DNA of 64,000 bases, taken from the NCBI GenBank assembly GCA_023205875.1, contig CP060760.1, positions 62,001 to 126,000 of the forward strand, given 5' to 3'. The stretch is from Chloropicon primus. Its lineage: Eukaryota. Positions 50,262-61,685 of this stretch are shown here, one piece after another. Numbering within the stretch: the first letter of the stretch is position 1; the number at the start of each line of letters is the position of its first letter. The translations under genes were made by a program, and so were the position numbers. A model generated the notes under the pieces. That model was not told the DNA's origin. It saw nothing but the letters and a program-made list of their open reading frames with translations, and searched no databases.

Positions 50262-51779
50262 ATGACTGGAGCGAGGTTCGCCGGGTTGAAGGAGATACTG
50301 GAGTCTCCGTCGACGTCCGCGTCGACGAACTCGGCGTACGAGGTCGTCCAAGGCCTCCTGTCCCCTGCAGCGGGGGCGGAGGAGCTCGATGGTGTGTACG
50401 ACGGACTCTTGGGTCTGGCCGGGGAGTTGAGGGTGAGGGAGCTCGGGCTGCTGACGGACCTGCTGAAAAGGGCGCTGTTGAGATACGTGCCGAGCCTCGA
50501 GCAGCTCGGCAGGACGAACGAGTGGTGCCAGGAGACTGTGACGAAGCTCAGCGAGGCCGAAAACGGAGGAGCGGGAGGAGGGGAGGAAGGCGGGCACAGG
50601 CAGAGGACGGAGCTCGTCAACTCCCTCAAGTTCCTGAGGCGTCTCGTGCGCCGGAACATCGACAAGCTCAAGGAGGGAAGCCCCTCTCGCGACTCGAAAC
50701 CCAAACCAGAACCCGAGGTGCGGCCGAGCACCGAAGCCTCGGAGCGGGCAGAAGCGCCGGCGGAGCGGGAAGACGAAGGCGGCGAGTCAGAGAACCGGGG
50801 TCGCGGGGGCCTCGAGAGCGCTAGGGCCCGGTACTATCCCCACAGCGCTCTGAGTCAGCTCAGGGCAAACGCGGACAACACGAGGAGGAGAAGCAGTACG
50901 TACGAGGTCCTTACGCACGAAAGGGCAAGGAGCAACCTTTCCCTTTTGAGCAACGCCGAGGAAATCACGGGCATTCCCGAGAGGGAGCAAAGCAGCCTGT
51001 TCGGTGACCTCTTGGGAAGCAAGACGAAGACTGTGGCGGAGCTCGGATCCAGCATTAAGCTTGCCTTGGCCCACATGATCGACATGTACGAGAAGGACTC
51101 TCAGCAGGCGTTTGTCATACTCAGCATCTTCATGCAAGAGATGCTCCTGGATCACTCGGTGGAGATACAGAAGAGGGCTTTTGATATTTTCATCAACTTG
51201 GTGGTTCACTGGCAGGTTCTGGAAACCAGGCAGTACGCCGAAGAAGGCGATGCTGGTGCTGAGAGGCAGCAGATGGCAGCGACGAGGCGGGCTTGGATGC
51301 TCAAGGACTCCTTGTGGCACATGAGCCTCCTCAACGAGATGTGTCTTGTCCTCCTGGACCGGGGCAACGAGGTCGACGATAACGTCTGGGCTTGCGCGCA
51401 CTCCTGCCTCCTGCTCTGCTGCACGGACAAGGGGTTGCTGGTCCCCAAACTCGTGAAATTGGTTCACTTCGACATCTTGAAGCGAATGCTCGAGGTTAGC
51501 CAAGACAAGTTCCCCGCTCGGGAGTCCTCGATTGTTTCGATGATGGTTTCGCATGTTTTGCCCCACAGAGGTCAGTACGGCATGGACCAGCAGTCGCTTC
51601 AGGCCATGGAAGGCCTTGTCATGGACAAGAGAACCTTTAGTCCAGGGGCCATGGCGGCCTTGAAGGTCTTGAATTATTACAAGGCGGCGGAGAAGAGTCG
51701 CCGGGGAATGCACGGCGACCAAGAATCCTTGATCGACGAATTGGAGAAGAGCCTGCTCAATTGTACTAAGAACAACTAA
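50262..51779 (+). CDS. Conserved hypothetical alpha-helical protein
   Basis: Long ORF with host-like codon usage. LSIFMQEML...RAFDIFINLVVH and VWACAHSCLL resemble an uncharacterised plant protein family as recalled. Confidence 0.75.
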   Translation: MTGARFAGLKEILESPSTSASTNSAYEVVQGLLSPAAGAEELDGVYDGLLGLAGELRVRELGLLTDLLKRALLRYVPSLEQLGRTNEWCQETVTKLSEAENGGAGGGEEGGHRQRTELVNSLKFLRRLVRRNIDKLKEGSPSRDSKPKPEPEVRPSTEASERAEAPAEREDEGGESENRGRGGLESARARYYPHSALSQLRANADNTRRRSSTYEVLTHERARSNLSLLSNAEEITGIPEREQSSLFGDLLGSKTKTVAELGSSIKLALAHMIDMYEKDSQQAFVILSIFMQEMLLDHSVEIQKRAFDIFINLVVHWQVLETRQYAEEGDAGAERQQMAATRRAWMLKDSLWHMSLLNEMCLVLLDRGNEVDDNVWACAHSCLLLCCTDKGLLVPKLVKLVHFDILKRMLEVSQDKFPARESSIVSMMVSHVLPHRGQYGMDQQSLQAMEGLVMDKRTFSPGAMAALKVLNYYKAAEKSRRGMHGDQESLIDELEKSLLNCTKNN

Positions 51780-51850
51780 CGAAGTGGTGCTCAATTGTAA
51801 CAACACTTGCTGTTAAAGCCTTGCCAAAAATATTTAAAAAAAAAAAGACG

Positions 51851-53869
51851 TTACAGGCTGCCAACAATACGTATCTTCTTGAAGTCGCCGGGGAGGCCAG
51901 CTGGCTCGAAATCAAAGACTTGGCTAAAAAAATCGTACTCTCCGTCAAGGCACCTCCTGATGTTCTCCTCTTTCCTGAAACCGTGCTGCTCTCCCTCGAA
52001 CATCTCCAAAGCTGCAGGAATCCCCTTCTCCACGCACACTTTCATCATCGATTCCGCTTGGTTGGGAGGTACAATCTTGTCTTCGGTGCCCTGAAACAGC
52101 ATGAGGGGAGCAGAGAGCTTGTCCAGGTTTTCGATCGGAGCGCGCTCTTTGTAAACGTCCTTCTTCTCGGGGTATGGACCCACCAGATAGTCAAGGTACC
52201 TTTTTTCGAACTTATGGGTATCGCCGGCGAGGGCCTCCAGCGATGCGACTCCATACAGAGAGCAGCCTGCACTGAAGACGTCAGTGAACGTCAAGCAAGC
52301 CAAAGTGGTATATCCGCCAGCACTTCCTCCATCAATGGCTAGTCGCTTTGGGTCCGCCATCCCCCGGGAGCTCAGGTAAGTCGCAGCAGCGGCAGCGTCT
52401 TCGACGTCGACTATGCCCCAGTTGCCCTTGAGCAGCTCCCTGTACTCCCGACCATAGCCGGTGCTCCCGCCGTAGTTCACGTCCGCAACAGCAAACCCAC
52501 GAGTTGTCCAGTACTGTATCATGGGGTTGAAGCTCGATGAGGTGGATGCTGTCGGACCGCCGTGCGTTTTTACAAGAAGCGGCGGTCCGACGTCCTCAGT
52601 GCCTTCGTAGTCTGGGTTTCGGGGCGAGTAGTAGTACATGTAACTGAAGCGATCGTCCCCGACGTTGTACTTGATGACTTTGGCCTGAGAGATATACTCG
52701 GGATCAAGTTCAAGGGAGCTTGATTTCCTCTTCGTGACCCACTCGCCGGCTTTGTCTTGCACCGCGATCTCCGAGGGCTTCACCGCGCTCCTCCCCAACG
52801 CCCCAAGCCTTCCGTCCCCCCTCACGTCAAACGCACCAAACGTTTCGTAGGGAATCGGGATCTCCTCCAGCTCCCCCGTGGACACCGTGAGGTACGCTAA
52901 GGTGTTCCCCGTGGCCGAGGCGTCCGAGTAAGAGCAGATGATTTTATCGTCCGTCAGGACATGGTAGCTCGAGACCCCAAGGATCCACGGAGGGCCTCCG
53001 AATTCGCAGCCGGGTCTTGGGCATATGTTCTTGCTCTCCCCATCGGCGCACCATTGGAACAAGTTCCACCAGCCGCTTCCCTCGTCTGAGACGTAAATCA
53101 ATCTGCCATCCGGCGTCCAACTCGGTTGCTGCGGCGCCTCTTCCTTCTCCGGCCCTCCAGCGACGAGAGTTGGTTCGCCCGCTGGGAGCCCGTCGGGCCC
53201 CAAGTCCACGACCATGACGGACGTGATGTCCCAAGGCATCGACGGATGGTCCCATTGAACGAAAGCCAGCTTGGTTCCATCGCTGTTCAGGGAAGGACTG
53301 GAATAGAAGTCAGCGCCCGAGACGAGTTTCAGGGGCTCTGAGCAGCTGCCGTCCAGCTCCACGGCGGCAAGGAAGTTCTGCGGCTCTTTTTGGCTACCGC
53401 GGTGATCTTCGACAACGCACAGTACTCTGTTCCTTCCAAGGTCCGGGCAAAAATCAGCGAAGCGAAGCGCGGACCCTTCCACGCCTGGCGTCAGAGGCTC
53501 CGGAGCGGACTCCTCGGCGTCCAGGGACTGCTTGTAGAGCCTCTGCGTCTTGAAGTCCGTGAAGAGCGCGAGGTTCGCATCGGGCAAAATCTTCCACGCC
53601 CCTCCTCCGTATTCGTGCACCCTGGTCCTCACGTTCACGTCCTTTGGAGTGACATCCACCGGTGGTCCTTCCCCGTCCTCACGCACGAGGACGTTCCTTC
53701 CTCCCTCCGCTGGCCGTCCCTCGACCCAATACGTCTCCTCTCCCCTCCCGAAAGCCATCCCCCCGAGGCGCAGCGCGCCTTTCGTGGCCACCTCCGACGT
53801 CACCGGACTCTTCCAGCTCCCGTAAGGCGCCTTGGTCCTCATCGTCGCCACGCGCCTCATCACCTTCAT
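51851..53869 (-). CDS. S9 family serine peptidase (prolyl oligopeptidase/acylaminoacyl peptidase-like)
   Basis: APYGSWKSP, RTRVHEYGGG, HGGPT, GGSAGGY (Ser), QGTEDKIVP (Asp) and EQHGFR (His). Confidence 0.95.
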   Translation of the reverse strand: MKVMRRVATMRTKAPYGSWKSPVTSEVATKGALRLGGMAFGRGEETYWVEGRPAEGGRNVLVREDGEGPPVDVTPKDVNVRTRVHEYGGGAWKILPDANLALFTDFKTQRLYKQSLDAEESAPEPLTPGVEGSALRFADFCPDLGRNRVLCVVEDHRGSQKEPQNFLAAVELDGSCSEPLKLVSGADFYSSPSLNSDGTKLAFVQWDHPSMPWDITSVMVVDLGPDGLPAGEPTLVAGGPEKEEAPQQPSWTPDGRLIYVSDEGSGWWNLFQWCADGESKNICPRPGCEFGGPPWILGVSSYHVLTDDKIICSYSDASATGNTLAYLTVSTGELEEIPIPYETFGAFDVRGDGRLGALGRSAVKPSEIAVQDKAGEWVTKRKSSSLELDPEYISQAKVIKYNVGDDRFSYMYYYSPRNPDYEGTEDVGPPLLVKTHGGPTASTSSSFNPMIQYWTTRGFAVADVNYGGSTGYGREYRELLKGNWGIVDVEDAAAAATYLSSRGMADPKRLAIDGGSAGGYTTLACLTFTDVFSAGCSLYGVASLEALAGDTHKFEKRYLDYLVGPYPEKKDVYKERAPIENLDKLSAPLMLFQGTEDKIVPPNQAESMMKVCVEKGIPAALEMFEGEQHGFRKEENIRRCLDGEYDFFSQVFDFEPAGLPGDFKKIRIVGSL

Positions 53870-54098
53870 CACCACCTTCTCTTGTACCTCGTCAAATCCC
53901 CAAAACGAAGCCGTTTCGCTCGACCAGCCACTCCAACGAAAGATCAAGACGCGAAGCTTGCGCCTGTTTCCTCCCCTTCCCCTCCTCCCGACCTCCTCGT
54001 CCCCTGCGATCGATCGATCGCTCCGCTTCCCTCTTCCCTCTTCGCTTGCGATCGATCGCGATCGATCGAGAGGCAGCAGAGCAGAGGGCGAAGTGATC

Positions 54099-56341
54099 AT
54101 GGCGATCGCGATCGCGGCGATAGTCGCTCTTGCGGTGATCGCGTCGTCTCTGGCGGTGGGCGAAGGAGGAAGGGGGAGGTTCTCCTCTTTAGCATCTCCC
54201 GACGTCGAGATCGTGTCCTCCAAAGAAGCGCTGAGCCTCAGGGAGGAAGTGAGAGAAGCTTTCGTGTACACGTACGACGCTTACATGCGAAATGCTTTCC
54301 CAAAGGACGAGCTCCTTCCCTTGAGCTGCAAGGTAGGTCCACGGCCACGCCCTTCACCTCATCACGGCGTATACACCTCCCTCCCCTCTCCCTCTCTGTT
54401 CGCTCGACTGACGCTTTGCTTTCTTCGTGGCCATGGTAATGGTGTGAATAGGGAGTGGATACTTTGGGATCGTATGCGTTGACGCTCGTGGACTCGGTTG
54501 ACACGCTCGCGGTGATGGGGAACTGGACTGAGTTTGCCAAGGCGACGCGTTGGATCGAGGAGAACTTGAAGCTTTCTGAATCCCAGGAGACGGTCTCGTT
54601 GTTTGAGACGAACATCAGGGTGCTGGGAGGGCTCCTGTCTGCTCACCTGCTCAAGGAGGGGTTCAAGGACCACGCGGAGGAGATCTGCGGCCGGGCTCGT
54701 CGGCAGGATGCCAAGGGCGACCTGGTGAAGCAGTGTGAGTCTGGCGAGATGCAGAGGTACGACGGGGAATTGCTTGCGGAGGCGCTGGCTCTGGGGGAGA
54801 AGCTCGCGCTCGCGTTCGAGGACCCGAAGAGGCAGAGCAACAGCACGAGGACGGGAATACCGTACGGCTCCGTGAACTTGGCGACGGGGGTGCTGCTGAA
54901 CGAGACGGAAATCGCGAGCACGGCCGGGGGTGGAACGCTTGCGGTGGAGTTTGGGGTGTTGTCCCGCCTCACGGGCGATCCCAAGTTCGAGGACCTCGCC
55001 CGGTCCTCCATGACTGCGATCTGGGAAAGGAGGTCCAAGCTGACCGGCTTGGTGGGCGCACACATCAACATTACTTCTGGGATTTGGACGCACTTGGATT
55101 CGGGCGTGGGGGCCAGCATCGACAGCTACTACGAGTACTTGCACAAAGCGAACGTGCTTCTGGGCTTGGACGATTTCGGGGACATGTTTCGCCAGGCCTA
55201 CCACTCGGTGGAGGACAACGTCAGGGTCGGTCCCTGGTACGTGGAGGTGAACATGGAGAACGGGGTCCTGGTCTGGCCCATCTTCAACGCCTTGCAGGCC
55301 TTCTGGCCGGGCTTGCAGACTCTGATGGCATCGTGCTCGAGCGACCACCAGCTGTTCCAGAGCGGGTCGATGAAGTCAAAGTCGGAATTCTCTCAGATGC
55401 TGAACTACCAGAGCATCGCCCGGCAACTCGGGGTCCTGGCGAGGAAGAGGACCGAGGTCCCGGAGGGCCACCTGGTTCACGAGTCCTACGGGTGCGAGAA
55501 TCGATCGGACGTGGAGAGCCACGACCTTTACAAGGCGATCCAGACTCACGGAGCGATGTTTGCCGTCTGGAAGAGGCACGGGGCCACGCCGGAGGGGTAT
55601 TCTCTCTCCACTGTGCGGCCGCAAGTGGGACAGTTGGCCTACGCCCTGCGTCCCGAGCTCATCGAGTCCACCTACTACTTGTACCTCGCCACGAGGGATC
55701 CGTCTTACCTCTCCGTGGGCCGGGACATGCTCGCGGCGATCCAGACGAGGTGCAGGGCGGACAAGCCGGGGTGCGGCTACGCTTCCCTCGCCAGCGTGGA
55801 CAAGGGCAGGAAGAGGGACCACATGGAATCGTTCTTCTTGGCCGAGACCCTCAAGTACCTTTACCTCCTGTTCGACGCGGGGGCGAGGGACATCGGGGAG
55901 CCCCACAGGGTGGTGAGCGATCTGCCCTACGAGTACGTCTTCAGCACCGAGGGCCACCTCTTTCCTCTCACGAAGAGACTGTCGGACTTTGGGAAGCCTC
56001 CTGCCGGAAACACGGAGGACGTCATCGAGGGCTACTGCAGGCCGCTTCACCCCATATGGAACACCCCCAGGTACAAGCGGCACTTCTTGCCCGATGCTGC
56101 CACCGCAGAGGATGGCAGCCTCGCTGACCCCGGGAAGGGGGAGGGGGGCGGCCAAGGCGCGGAGTCCCAGAACTCCGCCATGGGCGTCATCGACATCCAA
56201 GCCTTTTTGATAAAATCCTTGATGAAACTCCAGAGCTTCTTCCACCTGGGCGGGGAAGCGGAAGGAGGAGACATCGCCGTCGAGGAGAGCGAGTGTCCGT
56301 TGGAGGACATCGCGAACGTGTTGGATGCCCCCGCGGCCTGA
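54099..56341 (+). CDS. GH47 alpha-1,2-mannosidase (EDEM/MNS4-like), 2 exons
   Basis: Signal anchor and intron at 54333-54451. AYMRNAFPKDEL, LFETNIRVLGGLLSAH, IDSYYEY, LRPELIES, MESFFLAETLKY and FSTEGH. Confidence 0.95.
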
Positions 56342-56660
56342 GAGCCTCTTGTTGTACCATACCCAGAGCATACCCAACCCAACCCAACCCATTCATTATT
56401 GCTGTTGTTGTTGTTGTTGTTGTACCACTAACTAATAAACTCCTCTCTATATATATACATAATCACACACACGCAACACCTTCAATCAGATAGGATACCT
56501 TTCTCGTCGATGGACCGGCCGATCCTCCATTGCCACAGGCTTCATCCTCCTCCACCACAGGCTCCTCTCACTTGATCCATTCGCTCCTCGGCTGGCGAGC
56601 GCGAGAGCAAGAAGGTGAGGCGGCGTCATTGTGTCCGGAGGAGAGAGAAGGGGGGAGAGG

Positions 56661-57884
56661 ATGAAGCAGGGTGGCAGGGCAGGGCATCGGCAAGGCACTC
56701 GTGTCTCAGTCTTGCGGAACGCAACGAGGAGAAACCAAAAAACGAGGAAGGAAGATGTCTTGAGGAAGGCACCCAGGCATGCCGGGAGGTCTGGAGGAGG
56801 AGGGTTGGGGGTTAGTGGAAGGCTCGCGGCGGTGGACGGGCTTCGCCACGCTTCGCCGACGGATGCGGTGGACTGGGAGGACCTCGGATTCAGCTGCGAG
56901 CACGTGGCCAAGACGCAGATGTTCGTCGCGACGGCGACGCTCTCTCAGGACGGGAGTGGGCAGTGGGAGTGGGCGGAGGAAGGCATCGGACCTTATCGCT
57001 GTCTCGAGTTGGACCCGAGCGCCCAGGTGCTGAACTACGGCCAGAGCATCTTCGAGGGGATGAAGGCTCAGAGGACGACGGACGGAAACCTCGTCCTGTT
57101 CCGCCCGGAGGAGAACGCTTCGCGTATGCGAGACGGCGCTGCTCGCATGTCGATGGCCCCGCCTCCGAAGGACCTGTTCCTTCGGGCGGTGAAAGCGACC
57201 GTGGCCGCGAATGCGGAGTTCGTGCCGCCCAATGGCAAGGGGTCCCTCTACCTCCGGCCTATCCTTCTGGGCACTGGTGCGATTCTGGGCCTCGGGCCGG
57301 CGCCCAGCTACACGTTTCTCGTGTACTGCTCCCCCGTGGGCGCCTACTTCAAGGGCGGGCAACTGACCCCTATTCGTCTCAAGGTGGAGGAGGAGGAGCA
57401 CAGGGCGGCGCCCGGAGGGACGGGCAACACCAAGTGCGCGGGAAACTACTCGCCAGTCCTCAATGTCCAGCTGCAGGCCAAGGCGCAGGGGTTCAACGAC
57501 GTCCTTTACTTGGACGCCGTGGAGAACAAGTACGTCGAGGAGGTGAGCTCCTGCAACATCTTCGCCGTGTTTGGGAACAAGATTGTCACGCCTTCGCTCG
57601 GCACGATCTTGCCCGGCGTCACGAGGAGGAGCATCATCGACCTGGCGAGGAGCAAGGGGTTCGAGGTGGAAGAGGCGCCCCTGTCCATAGAAGAGGTCTT
57701 GAAGGCGGACGAGGTGTTCACCACGGGAACCGCGGTCGTCCTCTCCCCCGTGGGTTACATAGAGCACGGCGCCGAGAAGAGGGAGTACGGTGGGTACGAC
57801 GTCGCCCTGGCGCTCTACGATTCCCTCACGGGGATCCAGCAACAGACGTTGGAGGACCCGTTCGACTGGGTCGTGCAAGTGTGA
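56661..57884 (+). CDS. BCAT: Branched-chain amino acid aminotransferase, organelle-targeted
   Basis: LNYGQSIFEGMKA, LYLRP, GNTKCAGNY (PLP Lys), EEVSSCNIF, ILPGVTRRS and EVFTTGTA. Confidence 0.96.
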   Translation: MKQGGRAGHRQGTRVSVLRNATRRNQKTRKEDVLRKAPRHAGRSGGGGLGVSGRLAAVDGLRHASPTDAVDWEDLGFSCEHVAKTQMFVATATLSQDGSGQWEWAEEGIGPYRCLELDPSAQVLNYGQSIFEGMKAQRTTDGNLVLFRPEENASRMRDGAARMSMAPPPKDLFLRAVKATVAANAEFVPPNGKGSLYLRPILLGTGAILGLGPAPSYTFLVYCSPVGAYFKGGQLTPIRLKVEEEEHRAAPGGTGNTKCAGNYSPVLNVQLQAKAQGFNDVLYLDAVENKYVEEVSSCNIFAVFGNKIVTPSLGTILPGVTRRSIIDLARSKGFEVEEAPLSIEEVLKADEVFTTGTAVVLSPVGYIEHGAEKREYGGYDVALALYDSLTGIQQQTLEDPFDWVVQV

Positions 57885-58335
57885 TGATTGGTGATTTGGT
57901 GATTGATGATTGGTGATGACGAGTCAGCGTTGTCGCAAGTGTGCGTGTAACACGAAAAATCAAATCGAAATCCTCTTTCCTGCTGCCCATCAGAGTGGCG
58001 AGACTCCCAAGAGCGGTGTCCTCTCTCTATCTCTCTCTCTCGCTCGCTCGCGCTCCCCCCAACCTTTGGACTTCGCACCTCTCGCCCATTCCATTCTCTT
58101 GGAAGCCAAAGCCAAAGCCAAAGCATGTTGTGGTATCGGATGAGATGACTAGAAGCCTTCCTTGCATTGGTTCCCTTCTCCTTGCCATCGCATTGACATG
58201 GGTCCCTTCCTCCTCGACCCCCCTTCCTCCTCGACCCCCCTTCCTCTCTCAATCCGGATAAGGTTGTGTCTCGTGTAGAAAACCTTTTTTTTTTGCGGCG
58301 CACGAGGGCAGAGCGGTGGGGACGAAACCCAGGAG

Positions 58336-58550
58336 GTAAGTTCCGCCAAAGATGGACGCGGAGGGAGACGGAACGAGGAAATCCGGCGGCATTCGATAGA
58401 CGCATCGTGTCTTTGTCTTTCCAACGAACCCTCTCATGAAAGAAATGCTTTGGTGTGGAAGATTTTGTGGCTCCCTGAATGACTGACTCGTCTGCATCAT
58501 GGTATTGATATGAATGATATGATATGATATGTTATTGTTTGCATGGGCAG
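58336..58550 (+). other. Probable 5'UTR intron of the Toc159 gene
   Basis: GTAAG donor at 58336, ACTGAC branch point at ~58482 and a CAG acceptor at 58550, six bases before the ATG. Confidence 0.55.
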
Positions 58551-58556
58551 AGAGAG

Positions 58557-61500
58557 ATGGAGTCGTGGAGGGACTCGCTGTCGAAGTACATGGAGAGCTG
58601 GACGTCGCCGACGAAGGATGAGGAAGGCGTGAGGAGGTTCGAAGGGGCGGACGTGACCCAGTCGGACGAGGAGGCTCAGCTTTCCTATCCTGGAACAGAC
58701 GACGAGGAGTACGACGACGCGAGCAACAGCGGGGCGAATGAGAGGTGGGAGGATGCGTCGGAGGACGACGAGGAGTTCAACCCGGCGGAGGCTGCAGCGG
58801 AGGCGCTGCGGGATGCGCTGAAGACGGTGGCGGACGCGGAGAAGACTGTCGAGGGAGTGGACCCAGAGAAGAAGCAGGCGTATGGTATGCCCTCCTTCAG
58901 GGACATACTCCTCGGGCGCAAGTCCCAGGAGAAGGAGGAGGAGGAGGACGACGAGGAGTGGGAGACGGACGACGACGAGGCGAGCCCAGACTTCCCGGAG
59001 CTGGGCTCCAAAACCCCAAAGCCAGCGCCGAAGAAGGCCTCGGCTTTCTCGTGGGGCTCCTCGGCCGCGAGCTCGGAGAGGCCCAAGGAGGAGGAGGCGG
59101 CGAAGCCATCGCCAGCGGAGGCCAAGGCGGGGGAGACCTCGACGAAGTCCTCGTCGTCTTTCTTCAAGCCGTCCCTCCCGGACAGGGCGCCCAAGACGGG
59201 ACCCTCGCTGCCGCCCAAGAGGCAGAAGACGGGCGAGGCTCCCACAGCCACCAAGACCGAGGCTGCGGAGGAGCAGGCGTCCTCCTCGGCCGTCAAGAAG
59301 CCATCCTTGCCGCCAAGACCGACCCTCCCCGCCAGGAAGAGCGTGGAGAAGGAGACAAAGCCCGAGCCGGCCCAAGGTGGAAAGGCGGAGGAGGAAGCAA
59401 AGGCGAGCGCCAACGAGGCGGCCAAGGGGCCAACGACCACGGCGTACAGCGGTCAAGGGGCTGCGGCCCCCAACCCCCAGCAGCCCCCCTCTGGCAGGGC
59501 GGCCGCCATGCAGGCGATGATCAAGGCTCAGCAGGAGGCCGCTGCGGCCGCTGCCGCTGCGGCGGCGGAGCCCCTCAGCCCGGAGAAACAGAAACTCGCG
59601 GACACCGTGATGGAGCACAGGGTCAAGCTCGTCAGAATAGCAAAGAGGCTTGGTGTTGGGGCCGACAACCACGTCATCAAGCAGGTGATCTTCAGGCTTG
59701 ACATGACGGAGCAAGTGAAGCTTCACGGGAGGTCCTCCCGCGTGGCCCTGAAGGAAACCTTCAAGGAGGCCGAGGAGAAGGCGGCCGCGATGGAGGAGAG
59801 TGGGGAAGACTTGGACTTGGAATGCACCGTTCTGATCATCGGCAAAAGCGGCGTTGGCAAGAGCACTCTGGTGAATAACTTGCTGGGCATTGACGACGAC
59901 GTGGTGGTGGAGAGACACTCTGGCAAGACGCAGGTGAGGGAGATTGAGGGGGAGGCGTTTGGGGTGAAGATGAGATTCATCGACGTTCCAGGCCTTCAGC
60001 CCTCCAGGAGCGAGAGCAAGAAGAACAGGAAGATCCTGCAAGCGGCGAAGAGGATCACCAAGAAGCACATGCCAGACATTGTTCTGTACTGCGACAGGCT
60101 CGATGTCCCGAGCTACGACTTTGCCGACATCCCTCTCGTCCGGGACATCAGCAACACCTTTGGCGCCTCGATCTGGTGGAACGCCTTGATCGTCTTCACG
60201 CACGGAGGCTCCAGAGCCCCAGAGGATTCCACCGGCCAGATCGCCAACTTTGAGTACTTTCAGAACCACAGGGGTTACATCGTGCAGCAAATGATAAGGC
60301 AGGCAGCCGGCGATGCGAGGATCCTGAACCCCGTCTCGGTGGTGGAGTGCCACCACGCCACGAAGAGGAATGAGAAGGGAGAGAAGCTCCTGCCGAGCGG
60401 GCAGGCCTGGAAGACCTACATCCTGCTCTTGTGCTACGCTTCCAAGGTTCTCCATGACGCGAACGTTGCGCTCAAGCTGGACAATGACATGAAGGACAAC
60501 AAGGCCGCGAAGAACGCCCAGTATGCCGCCTTCAGGAGGCAGCAGACGCCTTACCCGCTCTTCTTCAACAACCTGTTCCAGACGAGGAAGCCCAGGAGGT
60601 ATCAGAACATCGTGGACGAGGAAGAGGCCGCGGAGATCGAAGCGGAACAGGAGGAGATGGACGCCATGCCAGGGCAGGAGAAGGACTACCCTCTCAACCC
60701 CTTCAAGCAGCCTCTGGACCAAGGGGACTCGCGCATTGACATACCAGCCCCTGATCCAGCCTTGGCCCCCACTTTTGATTGCGATCCCTCCACGAATGCC
60801 CACAGGTACAGGTACCTGGAGAACTCGAACGGTTGGATCTGCCGTGCCATCGTGGAGCCGGATGGGCTCGAGCACGACGACGGCATCAACGGATTCACCG
60901 CGGAGAACTACTATGGCACCATGGCGGACCCGACCAGCAAGGACCCCAAGAAGAAGAACCCAACGCCCACGTACGTGATGAGCCAGATCAACATGCCGGA
61001 GAAGGACAAGCTTACTTTGGTGGCTGAGATCGAGAGCTCCAAGCTTCACAAGGGCAAGAACTCCGGGGCTCCCAAGTCGAAGGGAGGCCCCCCGGTGCCG
61101 GAGACGAGCAAGCCGCCGGTCACCACGGGAGGCATCGACGTGCAGTCTCTTGGCCGGGATATTATGTACGTGGCGAGGGCGGAGACCAGGGTGAAGCAGG
61201 GGGAGAAGATGAAGACCTGCGCGGGTGTCTCTGCGTTCAGGTCGAGCCTCAAGTTCCCTCACACAGGGCCCTTGGCCTTTGGTGCGAAAGTGGAGGAGAG
61301 GATCAAGCTGAACAAGAAGCTTCGGTTGAACATGACCGCGGGGGCGATTGGTGGAAAGGCAGCGGACGGGAAGACAAACCAGTACCTCAAGGGCGCAAAC
61401 GTGCAATTCATGATCAAGGGAAACAAGAAGAAGGGGGAGCCTACGAAGCTGCAAGTCATCGGTACTGCCATGCACTGGAAGAAGGACATTGCCCTGGGAG

Positions 61501-61685
61501 GTGATATTCAGGCCATCCAGATGGTCGGGCCAGACAGCGCCCTCACCGCGCGTGCCAACTTGAATTCGAGGGGAAGTGGCAGCGTGCAACTGAGGCTGAC
61601 GAGCACGGATACGATCAAGTACGGTCTGGTCGGACTGGTCCCTACCGTGACCGCCATCTGGGGCTTCTTAACTGGCAACATGTAA
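58557..61685 (+). CDS. TOC159: Translocase of chloroplast Toc159-family GTPase
   Basis: Acidic disordered A-domain; G-domain GKSGVGKST, DVPGL, PDIVLYCDRLD, IWWNALIVFTHG; M-domain PDPALAPTFDCD..HRYRYLE...ANLNSRGSG. Confidence 0.95.
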   Translation: MESWRDSLSKYMESWTSPTKDEEGVRRFEGADVTQSDEEAQLSYPGTDDEEYDDASNSGANERWEDASEDDEEFNPAEAAAEALRDALKTVADAEKTVEGVDPEKKQAYGMPSFRDILLGRKSQEKEEEEDDEEWETDDDEASPDFPELGSKTPKPAPKKASAFSWGSSAASSERPKEEEAAKPSPAEAKAGETSTKSSSSFFKPSLPDRAPKTGPSLPPKRQKTGEAPTATKTEAAEEQASSSAVKKPSLPPRPTLPARKSVEKETKPEPAQGGKAEEEAKASANEAAKGPTTTAYSGQGAAAPNPQQPPSGRAAAMQAMIKAQQEAAAAAAAAAAEPLSPEKQKLADTVMEHRVKLVRIAKRLGVGADNHVIKQVIFRLDMTEQVKLHGRSSRVALKETFKEAEEKAAAMEESGEDLDLECTVLIIGKSGVGKSTLVNNLLGIDDDVVVERHSGKTQVREIEGEAFGVKMRFIDVPGLQPSRSESKKNRKILQAAKRITKKHMPDIVLYCDRLDVPSYDFADIPLVRDISNTFGASIWWNALIVFTHGGSRAPEDSTGQIANFEYFQNHRGYIVQQMIRQAAGDARILNPVSVVECHHATKRNEKGEKLLPSGQAWKTYILLLCYASKVLHDANVALKLDNDMKDNKAAKNAQYAAFRRQQTPYPLFFNNLFQTRKPRRYQNIVDEEEAAEIEAEQEEMDAMPGQEKDYPLNPFKQPLDQGDSRIDIPAPDPALAPTFDCDPSTNAHRYRYLENSNGWICRAIVEPDGLEHDDGINGFTAENYYGTMADPTSKDPKKKNPTPTYVMSQINMPEKDKLTLVAEIESSKLHKGKNSGAPKSKGGPPVPETSKPPVTTGGIDVQSLGRDIMYVARAETRVKQGEKMKTCAGVSAFRSSLKFPHTGPLAFGAKVEERIKLNKKLRLNMTAGAIGGKAADGKTNQYLKGANVQFMIKGNKKKGEPTKLQVIGTAMHWKKDIALGGDIQAIQMVGPDSALTARANLNSRGSGSVQLRLTSTDTIKYGLVGLVPTVTAIWGFLTGNM

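Noticed and set aside
56495..56506. ATACCTTTCTCG, identical to the 5' end of plant U2 snRNA
   Set aside because: The match stops after 12 nt. The downstream U2 features, including the GTAGTA branch-pairing sequence, are absent.
58497..61589. Long antisense ORFs (e.g. 1030 aa here; also 783-2282, 8542-10257, 45125-46636)
   Set aside because: These are shadow frames of real genes caused by GC-rich codon bias. Their L/V/R/H-rich translations contain no motifs.
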